Below, piece after piece: positions 8,868-19,246 of a stretch of DNA of 64,000 nucleotides. The position numbers were made by a program, and so were the translations under genes. The stretch comes from Fimbriimonadales bacterium (GTDB lineage: Bacteria; Armatimonadota; Fimbriimonadia; Fimbriimonadales; JABRVX01). Where the stretch lies: positions 1 through 64,000 of the forward strand of contig BTVI01000016.1 of assembly GCA_045862955.1 (NCBI GenBank), read 5' to 3'. Each line of letters starts with the position of its first letter. The stretch's first letter is position 1. A model generated the notes under the pieces. It ran no database searches and was not told the origin of the DNA. It was given only the letters and a program-made list of their open reading frames with translations.

Positions 8868-11447
8868 ATGATCGAGCACCGCCCTTACACCCCCATGATG
8901 CGCCAGTACTTCGAGGCAAAAAAGCAGGTGCCCGAGGCGCTGCTCGCTATGCGCGTGGGCGACTTCTACGAGTTCTATGGCGAAGACGCGGAGGTGGCGG
9001 CGCGCGAACTCGAGATCGTGCTGACCTCCAAAGCCGATGGCCCGAGCGGCAAGCTGCCGATGGCTGGAGTGCCCTATCATGCGGTAGAGCGCTACGTGGC
9101 TCGCCTGCTCGCCAAAGGCATCAAGGTCGCGTTGTGCGACCAAGTCGAGGACCCGAAGAAGGCGAAAGGGTTGGTCAAGCGCCGGGTAACCCGAGTGATC
9201 ACGCCGGGCACCGTGCTCGAAGATTCGATGCTGGACGCCTCGTCCGACAACTACCTTGCTGCGGCAATCCCCTCAGAAGACCTGTTCGGCCTCAGTTACG
9301 TCGACGTCACGACCGCCCGATTCCTCGCGACCGAGGTAGGCGGAAAGCAGTCACTGGAGCGCACGCTGGCCGAGCTCGCACGCCTCAGCCCCGCCGAGCT
9401 GCTCCTGCCTCACGGATGCGACGATCTGGCGGAGGCAGCGCGGAGCGCCTGTGGCGCGGCCATCACCACGCTGGATGCGACCCCGAGTCCGAACGCAGCG
9501 CGCACCATGCTGCAAGAGCAATTCCAGGTCGAGACGCTCGCCGGGTTCGGGCTGGACCAGTACACCGCGGGCTTGCAAGCAGCGGCAAACGTCCTCAACT
9601 ACCTGAAGCGCAACGAGATCGCAGTGGCAGCGCACATCCGCTCCATCGCGACCTACAGCGTGGATAGCTTCATGCGCCTGGACACGACGGCGCGGCGACA
9701 CCTGGAGCTGGTGCGCAACCTAGCCGACGGTGGGCGACGCTACACGCTGCTCTCCGTTATCAACGCCACTTCGACCGCGATGGGTGCACGTCTTCTGCGA
9801 CGCACGATTCTCGAGCCGCTGCTCGACCGCGAGGCACTCGCGGCCCGCCACGATATCGTGGAAGCACTCGTCTCTCGCCATTTGTTGCGCGACGAGCTGA
9901 TTGGTCTTCTTCGACGGGTGCAGGATATCGAGCGCATCACCTCGCGGGCGGCAACCGGTCTCGCATCTCCGCGAGACTTAGCGGCACTCCGCGACTCCTT
10001 AGCCGTGATTCCAGCCATCCGAGCGGCCCTCACGAAGGAACAGCAACCAGTCCTCAGTGCTCTGGCCGAGCGCCTAGACCCGTTGACCGCTGTCCAGGAC
10101 CTGCTCACACGAGCCATCGTGCCAGAACCGCCCGCCGCCGTGCGCGAAGGAGGCGTGATATGTCAAGGTTTCAGCCAGGAACTTGATCTTATCCGGCAGA
10201 AGCGAGTGGCTGCACGCGAGTACATCGCCTCGCTCGAAGCCAAAGAGCGCGAAGCCACCGGCATCGGCAGTCTGAAGGTAGGGTTCAACTCGGTATTCGG
10301 CTATCACATCGAGGTGTCTAAGGCCAACCTTGCCAAGGTCCCCCAACACTACATTCGCAAGCAGACCACAGCCTCGGGTGAGCGCTACATCACGGCGGAG
10401 CTGAAGGAGTACGAGTCCGCAGTCCTGGCAGCCGACGAGAAGATCGCCGAGTTGGAGGCGGACCTGTTCGACAGCGTTCGCTCCGACATCGCGGCCTCGG
10501 CACCCCGACTGCTAGAGACGGCCGGCGGGCTTGCCGAAGTGGACGTGCTCCTGAGCCATGCCGAAACCGCCGTGCGCTACCGATACGTTCGTCCCGAGTT
10601 GCACGACGGCGACGTGCTCGAGATCGTCGAGGGGCGACATCCCGTCGTGGAGAGCCAGGACCCAGGTCGGCGCTTCGTCCCGAACGACCTCCATCTCAGC
10701 GATGACTTCTCCCTCATGATCCTCACCGGGCCGAATATGAGCGGCAAGTCTACCTACCTGCGTCAGACTGCTCTGATCGCTCTTCTCGCGCAGATCGGCA
10801 GCTTCGTCCCCGCGAAGTCCGCCCGACTGCCCATCTTCGACCGAATCTTCACACGCGTCGGTGCGCGCGACGAGCTTGCGACCGGCCAGAGCACCTTTAT
10901 GGTGGAGATGGCAGAAACGGCCAATATCTTGCACCACGCTACCCGCAAGAGCCTGGTCATCCTGGATGAGATTGGCAGGGGTACGAGCACCTACGACGGC
11001 CTAGCCCTGGCCTGGGCGATTGCCGAGCGGCTTGCCGAGGTGCGCGCCAAGACCCTGTTCGCCACTCACTATCACCAGCTCAACGAGCTCGCCGAAAGTT
11101 GTCCAAACGTGCGCAACTTCCGCGTGGCCGTCAAGGAGGAGAGCGACCGAGTCGTCTTCCTTCATCGCGTGCTAGAGGGAGGCACGGACCGCAGTTATGG
11201 CTTGCAGGTGGCGCGCATGGCGGGCGTGCCGCCGGACGTGCTCGCCCGCGCAGCCGAGGTGCTGCGCGACTTGGAAAACGCTCACGGCCCGCGCCGCGCC
11301 CCTCAGCCGGCAATCGTCCAGCTCAAGCTATTCGAAGCCGAAGAGCCCGAGATTATCGCCGAGTTGCGGGGTCTTCACACCGAGCAGATGACCCCAATCG
11401 AGGCGCTTACCAAGCTGGACGAGTGGAAGCGCCGTTTCGGCGTGTAA
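8868..11447 (+). CDS. mutS: DNA mismatch repair protein MutS
   Basis: TPMMRQY, RVGDFYEF, TGPNMSGKSTY, STFMVEM, DEIGRGTSTYDG. Confidence 0.97.
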   Translation: MIEHRPYTPMMRQYFEAKKQVPEALLAMRVGDFYEFYGEDAEVAARELEIVLTSKADGPSGKLPMAGVPYHAVERYVARLLAKGIKVALCDQVEDPKKAKGLVKRRVTRVITPGTVLEDSMLDASSDNYLAAAIPSEDLFGLSYVDVTTARFLATEVGGKQSLERTLAELARLSPAELLLPHGCDDLAEAARSACGAAITTLDATPSPNAARTMLQEQFQVETLAGFGLDQYTAGLQAAANVLNYLKRNEIAVAAHIRSIATYSVDSFMRLDTTARRHLELVRNLADGGRRYTLLSVINATSTAMGARLLRRTILEPLLDREALAARHDIVEALVSRHLLRDELIGLLRRVQDIERITSRAATGLASPRDLAALRDSLAVIPAIRAALTKEQQPVLSALAERLDPLTAVQDLLTRAIVPEPPAAVREGGVICQGFSQELDLIRQKRVAAREYIASLEAKEREATGIGSLKVGFNSVFGYHIEVSKANLAKVPQHYIRKQTTASGERYITAELKEYESAVLAADEKIAELEADLFDSVRSDIAASAPRLLETAGGLAEVDVLLSHAETAVRYRYVRPELHDGDVLEIVEGRHPVVESQDPGRRFVPNDLHLSDDFSLMILTGPNMSGKSTYLRQTALIALLAQIGSFVPAKSARLPIFDRIFTRVGARDELATGQSTFMVEMAETANILHHATRKSLVILDEIGRGTSTYDGLALAWAIAERLAEVRAKTLFATHYHQLNELAESCPNVRNFRVAVKEESDRVVFLHRVLEGGTDRSYGLQVARMAGVPPDVLARAAEVLRDLENAHGPRRAPQPAIVQLKLFEAEEPEIIAELRGLHTEQMTPIEALTKLDEWKRRFGV

Positions 11448-13901
11448 GTGTCGGGAATCCCGCAAGGTCTCTCGCCCTCTCCGCCGAAACGACCCTCCGT
11501 GACTGAGTGCTACGAGATCGCCGACGTAGTGGTGGACGTCCGGGTGAGGGAGGGGAAGCCGGCCTACTCCTATCGCGTCCCGCCAGGCCTCGATAGCGAA
11601 GTCGCTCCAGGAACCCCGGTCGTGGTGAGCTTCCACGGCCGGACCGCCCTCGGTTACGTGGTAGGGCGTCGCACGTGCTCGGTGTCCGAGCTACCGATCC
11701 CGCTAGACGCTCTCAAGCCAGTGGTGGGTGTGGCTCGCGGTGCGCGGCTACCGAATGACCTGCTGAGTCTGATTCGACACGCTGCAGACGAGTATGTGGG
11801 CCCCCTCTGGCTGGCCGTTCAGACTGCCGTGCCGCGCGCATCGCGCTCACGAGTTCGCCCCTTCTGGCAGGTGGTCCCCGAAGCGAACAGGCCCGATCTA
11901 CGGGCAGAGGACGAGGCGGTTTTCTGTCGGCTAGAGGAGCGCGGAGGCGAAGAATTGGAGATAAGCCTCGTCCGCTCGCTCGGCGATACCGCACGTGAGG
12001 CTCTGGAACGCCTGAGACGGAAAGGCATCGTCCGCAAGGGGTGGGAGTTGGTCGAGCCTCCCCGACCCCGCGCCGTGATCACACACTACGCAGTCGCCCC
12101 AGCCGATGCAATCGAGGAGTTCGTCTCGACCTGTACCCGCAGGCCCGCCCAAGCACTCGCTGCCAAAGCACTGATCCCTCACGCCAACGACGTGCTGTCC
12201 GTTGCCGAAATAAAGGGCATGGGTCTGCGAAAAGACGTGCTCGACAAGCTAGTAGCCGCCGGCGTAATTGCCCCTGCCGATCCCAAAGCGATCCTGGCGC
12301 GATCCGCTGTGTCCGACCGGCGGCTCGTCGGCGCGCAGGCCCATGCGGTGAAAGAGATCGTCGGCGCGCTCGAAGAGGGCCGGACCGAGCGGTTCCTATT
12401 ACATGGTGTAACCGCCAGCGGCAAGACGGAGGTGTACCTGCGTGTCATCTCTGCGTGTCTGCGGCTAGGCCGAACTGCGATCCTGTTAGTGCCGGAGATC
12501 GCCCTCACGGGTCAGGTGGTGCAGCGCGTGCGAGCCCGATTCGGCGACTCTATCAGCGTGCTACATAGCGGCATGGAGGGTTCTCAGCGTTTCACGCAGT
12601 GGCAGCGAATCGCCAGGGGAGATACCCCTATCGTCGTAGGTCCGCGTTCGGCTGTGTTCGCACCTCTACCCGGGCTGGGACTGATCGTTATCGACGAAGA
12701 GCACGACTCCTCCTACAAGCAGTCGAACTTGCTTCGCTACGACGGTCGAGGACTGGCAGAGTTTCGAGCGCGCGAGACCGGTGCGGTCGTGGTGCAGGGC
12801 TCAGCCACCCCCGCGTTGGAAAGCGTGTACGCGGCGAGGGCGGGGCAGATGAGGCTCGTCTCAATGCCGGAGCGCGCCAGTGGCTCCGCACTCCCCCCGC
12901 TGGAGATCGTGGACCTGAGGGCCGAGGGCAAGATGGAGACCGCCTTCAGCAGGCGACTTAGAGAGGCGGTCGAGCAGGCGCTCAGCCGTGGCGAACAGGT
13001 AGTGCTGTTCCTCAATCGAAGAGCGTACGCGCCATTCCTTCTCTGTCGGGAATGCGGTTATGTCCCTCGCTGCGACCGGTGCTCGGTGTCTCTTTCGTTC
13101 CACAAGCGCGATGGGCTTCTGAAGTGTCACCACTGCGATGCTCGGGCTACACCCACCGACCGGTGCCCGCGCTGCGACTCCACGCGGTACATTCCATACG
13201 GTCTCGGTACCCAGCGGGTGGAACAGGACGCGATGGCCCTCTTTCCCTCTGCCCGCGTGGGCCGCCTGGACCGCGATGTGAAGGCACAAGAAGAGGTGTT
13301 GTCCAGCTTTCGGGGCCGAGACTTGGACATTTTGGTCGGCACCCAGATGGTGGCCAAGGGCCTCGACTTCCCCGGCGTTTCCTTGGTGGGCATAATGAAT
13401 GCTGACACGGGCCTGAACATGCCGGACTTCCGGGCCTCCGAGCGCACCTTCCAACTCCTCGTCCAGGTGGCCGGTCGCGCGGGTCGTGCCGACGTTCCTG
13501 GACGGGTTATTGCACAGACGTTCGATCCGGACAGGCCCGCCATCCGCTTCGCTCGAACCTACGACTACGAGGGGTTCGTCGAGTACGAGCTGAGGGAGCG
13601 CGAAGCTGCGGGGTATCCGCCGTTTCGCAGGCTGGCCCAAGTGGTGGTTTCTAGCGAGGTTCGGGCGATAGCCATTCACGATGCCGCTGCAGTGGCGCGC
13701 GCGATAGCCCCGTTGCCGGGCATCGAGGTGCTCGGCCCAGCCGAGGCCATCCCCGAACAGGTGATGGGTGTGTACCGACGCCTGATCCTCGCCAAGTTCG
13801 CTCCGGATGCGCGGCCTGGGCCCCTCTTGCGAGCGGCGTTGCGCGGCACCAAGTTCCGAGCTCGCTTGGCGGTAGACGTGGATCCCCAGACCCTGGCCTA
13901 A
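11448..13901 (+). CDS. priA: Primosomal protein N'
   Basis: GVTASGKTEVY, DEEHD, four CxxC motifs, GTQMVAKGLDFP, QVAGRAGR. Confidence 0.95.
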   Translation: MSGIPQGLSPSPPKRPSVTECYEIADVVVDVRVREGKPAYSYRVPPGLDSEVAPGTPVVVSFHGRTALGYVVGRRTCSVSELPIPLDALKPVVGVARGARLPNDLLSLIRHAADEYVGPLWLAVQTAVPRASRSRVRPFWQVVPEANRPDLRAEDEAVFCRLEERGGEELEISLVRSLGDTAREALERLRRKGIVRKGWELVEPPRPRAVITHYAVAPADAIEEFVSTCTRRPAQALAAKALIPHANDVLSVAEIKGMGLRKDVLDKLVAAGVIAPADPKAILARSAVSDRRLVGAQAHAVKEIVGALEEGRTERFLLHGVTASGKTEVYLRVISACLRLGRTAILLVPEIALTGQVVQRVRARFGDSISVLHSGMEGSQRFTQWQRIARGDTPIVVGPRSAVFAPLPGLGLIVIDEEHDSSYKQSNLLRYDGRGLAEFRARETGAVVVQGSATPALESVYAARAGQMRLVSMPERASGSALPPLEIVDLRAEGKMETAFSRRLREAVEQALSRGEQVVLFLNRRAYAPFLLCRECGYVPRCDRCSVSLSFHKRDGLLKCHHCDARATPTDRCPRCDSTRYIPYGLGTQRVEQDAMALFPSARVGRLDRDVKAQEEVLSSFRGRDLDILVGTQMVAKGLDFPGVSLVGIMNADTGLNMPDFRASERTFQLLVQVAGRAGRADVPGRVIAQTFDPDRPAIRFARTYDYEGFVEYELREREAAGYPPFRRLAQVVVSSEVRAIAIHDAAAVARAIAPLPGIEVLGPAEAIPEQVMGVYRRLILAKFAPDARPGPLLRAALRGTKFRARLAVDVDPQTLA

Positions 13902-13935
13902 CCATCCACGGCTTCCTCCCGGTACAATCCGCCTC

Positions 13936-14493
13936 GTGAGCAGTGTTGTCGCAACCGAAGTGGTGATCCCGGAGCACGTCGCCGAGTTCTATGCATCGGC
14001 TAACCCAGGCGTGGTCAAGTATCCCGACCCAGTTCTGCGCGCCGTGGCTGAGCCAGTCAAACGAATCTCGCCCGGCGTGCAAGACCTCATTCGGCGCATG
14101 ATCACTATCCTCAGGCGGGCAGATGGCCTCGGTCTGGCTGCTCCGCAGGTCGGCGTAGCCGAGAGGGTCATCCTCGTGGCGCCGATTGGTGAGGACATTC
14201 AGGTGTTGATCAACCCGGAAGTCGTCTCGGAGAGCGGCGCGATCCTCGGCCAGGAAGGATGCCTGAGCATCCCGGGCCTGTACGGCGACGTCCAGCGAGC
14301 CGCCGAGGCCGAAGTCCGGGCGCTGAACCGCAAGGGCAAACAAGTGCACCTCAAGCTGAGCGGTATGCCAGCGCGCATCGCCCTGCACGAGATCGATCAT
14401 CTGAACGGCATTCTTTTCACGGACCGTGCGGTCGCCTCCAGCCTCCACTGGCACATCCCCGAAGAGGACGAGGACGAAGAGCCCGAGATATGA
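13936..14493 (+). CDS. def: Peptide deformylase
   Basis: GLGLAAPQ, EGCLS, HEIDHLNG. Confidence 0.96.
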   Translation: MSSVVATEVVIPEHVAEFYASANPGVVKYPDPVLRAVAEPVKRISPGVQDLIRRMITILRRADGLGLAAPQVGVAERVILVAPIGEDIQVLINPEVVSESGAILGQEGCLSIPGLYGDVQRAAEAEVRALNRKGKQVHLKLSGMPARIALHEIDHLNGILFTDRAVASSLHWHIPEEDEDEEPEI

Positions 14494-15422
14494 GGGTTCT
14501 GTACTTCGGCACCGCCCCGTTCGCGGTGCCCGCCCTTCGAGCAATCGCCCACTCGAACCACGAACTGATTGGCGTGGTCAGCCAACCGGACAGCCCCTCG
14601 GGCAGGGGCATGCGACTGCGCCCCAGCGCCGTCACCGAGGCAGCAAGAGACTTGGGAATCGAAGCCTTGCGGCCGGAGAGCTGCCGCTCCGAGCAATTCC
14701 TGAGACAGGTGACCGAGCTGCGCCCCGACGTGCTGGTGGTCGCCGCCTACGGGCAGATCATGCCGCTTTCGCTATTGGAGGCCGCTCCACGCGGCGGCAT
14801 CAATATTCACGCTTCGCTGTTACCGCGGTGGCGAGGTGCGGCGCCCATTCAGCGCGCTATCGAGCATGGGGATGCTGTGACCGGAATCACCATCATGCAG
14901 ATGGACGCCGGGATGGACACGGGAGACATTCTTCTGCAAGAAGAGACCCCCATCGGCGAGGACGAAAACGCGGGACAGCTCACGGAGCGCCTGGCGGAGA
15001 TGGGTGCACGACTCATCGTTCGAACCCTCGATCTTCTCCCAGATGGACTTGCTCGCAGTCCGCAAGACCCGGCGCTCGCCACCAAGGCTCCCAAAGTGAG
15101 GAAGGAGGAAGGGTGCCTGGACTGGGCCATGCCGGCCCGGAGCCTCCACAATCGGGTCCGCGCATTCACTCCACAGCCGGGCGCTCACACGACTTTTCAG
15201 AACAGTAATGTAAAGGTTTGGGCTACCAAGTTGATCGATTCGCATCCCTCATTCGAGCAGCCAGGGACGGTCGTAGCCGTGGGACCCGACGGAATTACAG
15301 TCGCGTGTGGCGAGGGGTGCCTGCTGATCACAGACCTACAGCCGGAGACGAAGAGGCGGATGAGAGCGGTGGACTTCGCCAACGGTCGCGGTATCCGTCC
15401 CGGCGCTCGCTTCGGTACGTAG
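14490..15422 (+). CDS. fmt: Methionyl-tRNA formyltransferase
   Basis: MRVLYFGTAPFA, NIHASLLPRWRGAAPIQRAI; ATGA overlap with def. Confidence 0.96.
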   Translation: MRVLYFGTAPFAVPALRAIAHSNHELIGVVSQPDSPSGRGMRLRPSAVTEAARDLGIEALRPESCRSEQFLRQVTELRPDVLVVAAYGQIMPLSLLEAAPRGGINIHASLLPRWRGAAPIQRAIEHGDAVTGITIMQMDAGMDTGDILLQEETPIGEDENAGQLTERLAEMGARLIVRTLDLLPDGLARSPQDPALATKAPKVRKEEGCLDWAMPARSLHNRVRAFTPQPGAHTTFQNSNVKVWATKLIDSHPSFEQPGTVVAVGPDGITVACGEGCLLITDLQPETKRRMRAVDFANGRGIRPGARFGT

Positions 15423-15625
15423 CTCGCTTGTAACCACCGTGCCCTGGCCCACAGGCGCCTACCGCCAGCCGGGCGACCACTGCCCATCCGAGGGGGCGCA
15501 GCGACATGGTACGGACGGGCCGGATATTGCACTCATCGCTCCATTCAGCAGGCCTGGGCCGGCAGGAGTGCGGGTATGAAGAGGGAAGTGAGTGTGGCCG
15601 GGGCGTGCCCCGGCGAAGGCTGCAA

Positions 15626-16840
15626 ATGAGAACTACCAAGACACTGCTTTGGCTCGTGGGGCTGATCGTATTGCTACTCGGCTTCTGGCTTCTCTCGACC
15701 TGGGGCAAGGGCCAAGCGCCAATCCTCCCCGCCGACACCTCTGGATGGCTGGCCTTCGTCTCGGACCGAGACGGCCCGGCCCACATCTGGTTCCTCAAAC
15801 CCGACGGGACTGAAGTACGCGCCGAGCCCGACTCCACCTCGGAAGACCTCGAGCCGACATGGCAGCAGCCTGACGGCAAGACGCTGTTCTTCGTCTCGAA
15901 CCGTACAGACCGCATCTTCCAAATCTTTCACTTGAGCCCGCGCGACGGCACGGCAAATCAGCTCACAGTAAGCCACTCCCGAAAGGCGGAACTGGCGTCC
16001 GACCCCACCGGTCAGCGCATCCTACACACGGCGGGTGGAACCGTGTCCGTGCTGTATTTGGGTGAGCGCCACGCGGCGCAGCTGATCCCACCGCCTACCA
16101 TCAGTCCTGGTGAGCGCAAGGCGCTCATGGACGCATGGCAGGCCGAGTTCGGCGCATCATCGTTCAGAAAGGTGACTTGGGGTCGCAGCGCGGGCACTCT
16201 CGTCGGCGTGATCAGCGGCGACACCGGCGATGTGCTCATCGTCCAACAGTACGACCTGCGGATGCGGGAGCAGAAGCCTCCGGTGGTGTGGCTTCGCGCA
16301 AAACGGATAGACGTCGCCTATCATCCGACGGAAGACAAGTTCATCGTCGCCTACGTCGGCGCGCAAGCCAAGGAGCCGGAGGAGGCCGGCCGCTCGTGGG
16401 AGGCAGGGGAGACGGTCCAGCCCGAACCCGAAGGCCCGACCGATGCGATGCTCATCGTCGCCCTCGACAACGCCAAGCTGACCCCCGTACCGGTATTTGC
16501 GGACATCGGCGCGAAGTCGGTTCTCATCTCACCCTCGTGGTCGCCCGACGGCTCGAGGATCGCCGCAATCATGGCTAGGGTCGAGGGAGAGGACCTCGTG
16601 CCGGAATCCTTGGTTGTGCTGCCTGCCAAGGAGGGTGGCGTCCGGCTTCTCACGGAGGCCGATACGGGCCTGTGCGGGGACCCGCAGTGGTCGCCCGATG
16701 GACGCAAGCTCGCTTACACCAAGGGGCCATCTGGAAAGAGGGACATCTGGCTGTACGAGAGCGATCGCGAGCCGAGGCAGCTCGTTGGTAGCCCTGGTGA
16801 CGATTTCTGGCCGCGATGGTCGCCCAAGGCGGGCCGGTAG
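15626..16840 (+). CDS. TolB-like beta-propeller (PD40 repeat) exported protein
   Basis: N-terminal TM/signal; AFVSDRDG and repeated PSWSPDG / PQWSPDG / PRWSP motifs. Confidence 0.8.
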   Translation: MRTTKTLLWLVGLIVLLLGFWLLSTWGKGQAPILPADTSGWLAFVSDRDGPAHIWFLKPDGTEVRAEPDSTSEDLEPTWQQPDGKTLFFVSNRTDRIFQIFHLSPRDGTANQLTVSHSRKAELASDPTGQRILHTAGGTVSVLYLGERHAAQLIPPPTISPGERKALMDAWQAEFGASSFRKVTWGRSAGTLVGVISGDTGDVLIVQQYDLRMREQKPPVVWLRAKRIDVAYHPTEDKFIVAYVGAQAKEPEEAGRSWEAGETVQPEPEGPTDAMLIVALDNAKLTPVPVFADIGAKSVLISPSWSPDGSRIAAIMARVEGEDLVPESLVVLPAKEGGVRLLTEADTGLCGDPQWSPDGRKLAYTKGPSGKRDIWLYESDREPRQLVGSPGDDFWPRWSPKAGR

Positions 16841-16850
16841 GGGGATTGAG

Positions 16851-17729
16851 TTGAAGACGATAGGCTTCATCGGACTAGGCGTAATGGGGCGGCCGATGGC
16901 CGCCCACGTGCTGCATGCGGGCTACGAGCTGTGGGTGCACAATCGGAGTCAGCAAGCAGTCGCCGAGTTGGTAGACGAGGGCGCGAAGCGTTCGGACCCG
17001 GCGGAGATGGCCGGCCGATGCGATGCCGTGCTCCTCTGCCTGCCGACGAGCGTGGAAGTCGCTGAGGTCACCGAGCGCCTTCTCGCCTCCGCTCACCCCG
17101 GACTGATCGTGTGCGATCACTCCACCATCCAACCGCGCGTGGCTAGGCGGCTCTCCCAGCATGCGGCTCGCTTCGGCACCACCTTTCTGGATGCACCCAT
17201 CACGGGCGGCGAGAAGGGTGCGATCGAAGGCACACTAAGCACGATGGTAGGGGGAGACGCGCATGCTCTGGCCAAGGTAGAGCCCGTGCTGAAGACATTC
17301 TCGTCCAAGGTTACGCACGTCGGGGAATCGGGTGCAGGGCAGATGACCAAACTGGCCAACCAGATCGTGTGCGCCGTCACAGTCGCAGCAGTGGCAGAGG
17401 GGTTGAGTTTTGCAAAGGTTCAAGGCCTAGACTTATACAAAACCTTGGACGTGCTATCGGGTGGCGCGGCGGACTCTTGGACCCTTCGCAACCTCGGACC
17501 CAAGATGGTGGGTCACGACTTCCGTCCCGGGTTCTCGTTGCAGCTGGAGCTCAAGGACCTTAGATACGCCATCGAGTCCGCGGCTGACGGCGGGGCGTTC
17601 GCTCCCGCCACCGCTCTAGCCCAACAACTCGTCGCCGCGCTGGTAGCGCAGGGGAGAGGGCCGGAGGGGATCACGGCCCTGTTCGACCTATACTGCCAAC
17701 TCAGCGCACCGGAGGCAAGCCGGGAGTGA
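16851..17729 (+). CDS. NAD(P)-dependent beta-hydroxyacid dehydrogenase (GarR/MmsB family)
   Basis: IGFIGLGVMGRPMA, DAPITGG, KLANQ; TTG start. Confidence 0.88.
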   Translation: MKTIGFIGLGVMGRPMAAHVLHAGYELWVHNRSQQAVAELVDEGAKRSDPAEMAGRCDAVLLCLPTSVEVAEVTERLLASAHPGLIVCDHSTIQPRVARRLSQHAARFGTTFLDAPITGGEKGAIEGTLSTMVGGDAHALAKVEPVLKTFSSKVTHVGESGAGQMTKLANQIVCAVTVAAVAEGLSFAKVQGLDLYKTLDVLSGGAADSWTLRNLGPKMVGHDFRPGFSLQLELKDLRYAIESAADGGAFAPATALAQQLVAALVAQGRGPEGITALFDLYCQLSAPEASRE

Positions 17730-19246
17730 GCCTCGCGGTGCGCATGTCAGGGATCACGAAGCGGTTCGGCCGGCTTGTCGCGTGCGACAAGGTGGACCTC
17801 GAAGTCACGCGGGGAGCAACGCATGCCATCGTCGGCGAGAACGGTGCGGGCAAGACCACCTTAATGCGCGTCCTATACGGGCTGTACCAACCCGATGAGG
17901 GAAGCATCGAGGTCTTGGGAGTGCCAGTGCGCTTCGGCAGCCCCAGTGAGGCAATTCGTGCCGGGATAGGGATGGTCAGCCAGCACTACAGCATCATTGG
18001 CGAGCTGACATGCCTCGACAACCTTATGCTAGGCGCCGAGCACGCGCACCTCGGCATCCTGAAGCGATCGGAGGCCGTCGAAAGGGCGCAGAGTCTTGCT
18101 GCTCGCATGGGCTTTCGCTTCGACTGGCTCGCCCCCGCCGACACGCTTACTCCCGCAGGCTGCCAGAAACTAGAGATCCTAAAGCTTTTGTGGCGAGAGG
18201 CGGAAGTCCTTATCCTCGACGAGCCCACCGCCATGCTATCGCCTCCCGACGCACAGGCACTCTTCTCCAGTCTGCGTGATTTGGCAGATGGTGGAAAAAC
18301 TATCATTCTAGTCACCCACCGCCTGCGCGAAGTGGTAGACCACTGCGACCGCGTTACCGTACTGCGAGCCGGCCGCAAAGTAGGCGAATCGGATGTCGCT
18401 GATACCGACATCGTCCGCCTGTCCAATTGGATCGTTGGCGAGGAGATGCGTCTCCGCGCCGACAGCAGCCCTCCCGTCCATGACACGCCAGAACTGCTCA
18501 ATGTCAGCGACCTGCACGTTCTCGGTGATCGCCGCAATCGCGCCGTAGCAGGACTGAGTGTGCGCGTCCGTGCGGGAGAGGTAGCAGGCATAGCAGGTGT
18601 GGACGGCAATGGCCAAGCCGAGCTGGCCGAAGCACTAATCGGTGTTAGACCAGTACTAGCAGGCTCTATCCGCCTTCATGGCAGGGATGTCACACGCGAA
18701 CCACCTGTCCGTCGTCTGCGTCTCGGACTTCGGTTCATCGCAGCAGACCGCCATAGGCATGGCCTCATCGAAGCGTGGGACGTCCTTAGCAACGCTGTTC
18801 TCGGTTTGCAAAGGCTTCCACCCCTAGCACGGGGGCCTCTCCTGAACGCACGGGAGCAGGTGAACGCCGCGAAGGCACAGGTGGAGCGATTCCGTATCAA
18901 AGTGGAGTCGCTACACGCGCCGGTCTCTGATCTGTCGGGAGGGAATCAGCAGCGCCTCGTGGTTGCGCGTGCGCTGCATCTCGATGCGAAGCTCCTGCTC
19001 GCCTTCCAGCCTTCGCGTGGCCTGGACGTCCGCGGTGCCGCAGCAGTATACGAAGCGATTCGCGGTCAGTGCGGTGCAGGCATGGGTGCGCTCGTCATCT
19101 CCTTCGACCTCGATGAACTGATCGAACACTGCGAGCCCATTTATGTGATGCGTGAAGGCCGACTGGTTGCCGAACTGCGTGGCGCGGAGATCGATAGGGA
19201 ACGCATCGGACGCCTGATGGTAGGTGTGGAAGAGGGGGCCGCTTGA
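17726..19246 (+). CDS. ABC transporter ATP-binding protein, tandem NBD (nucleoside/CUT2 type)
   Basis: GENGAGKTT, LILDEPTA, GVDGNGQ, LSGGNQQR. Confidence 0.9.
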   Translation: MSLAVRMSGITKRFGRLVACDKVDLEVTRGATHAIVGENGAGKTTLMRVLYGLYQPDEGSIEVLGVPVRFGSPSEAIRAGIGMVSQHYSIIGELTCLDNLMLGAEHAHLGILKRSEAVERAQSLAARMGFRFDWLAPADTLTPAGCQKLEILKLLWREAEVLILDEPTAMLSPPDAQALFSSLRDLADGGKTIILVTHRLREVVDHCDRVTVLRAGRKVGESDVADTDIVRLSNWIVGEEMRLRADSSPPVHDTPELLNVSDLHVLGDRRNRAVAGLSVRVRAGEVAGIAGVDGNGQAELAEALIGVRPVLAGSIRLHGRDVTREPPVRRLRLGLRFIAADRHRHGLIEAWDVLSNAVLGLQRLPPLARGPLLNAREQVNAAKAQVERFRIKVESLHAPVSDLSGGNQQRLVVARALHLDAKLLLAFQPSRGLDVRGAAAVYEAIRGQCGAGMGALVISFDLDELIEHCEPIYVMREGRLVAELRGAEIDRERIGRLMVGVEEGAA

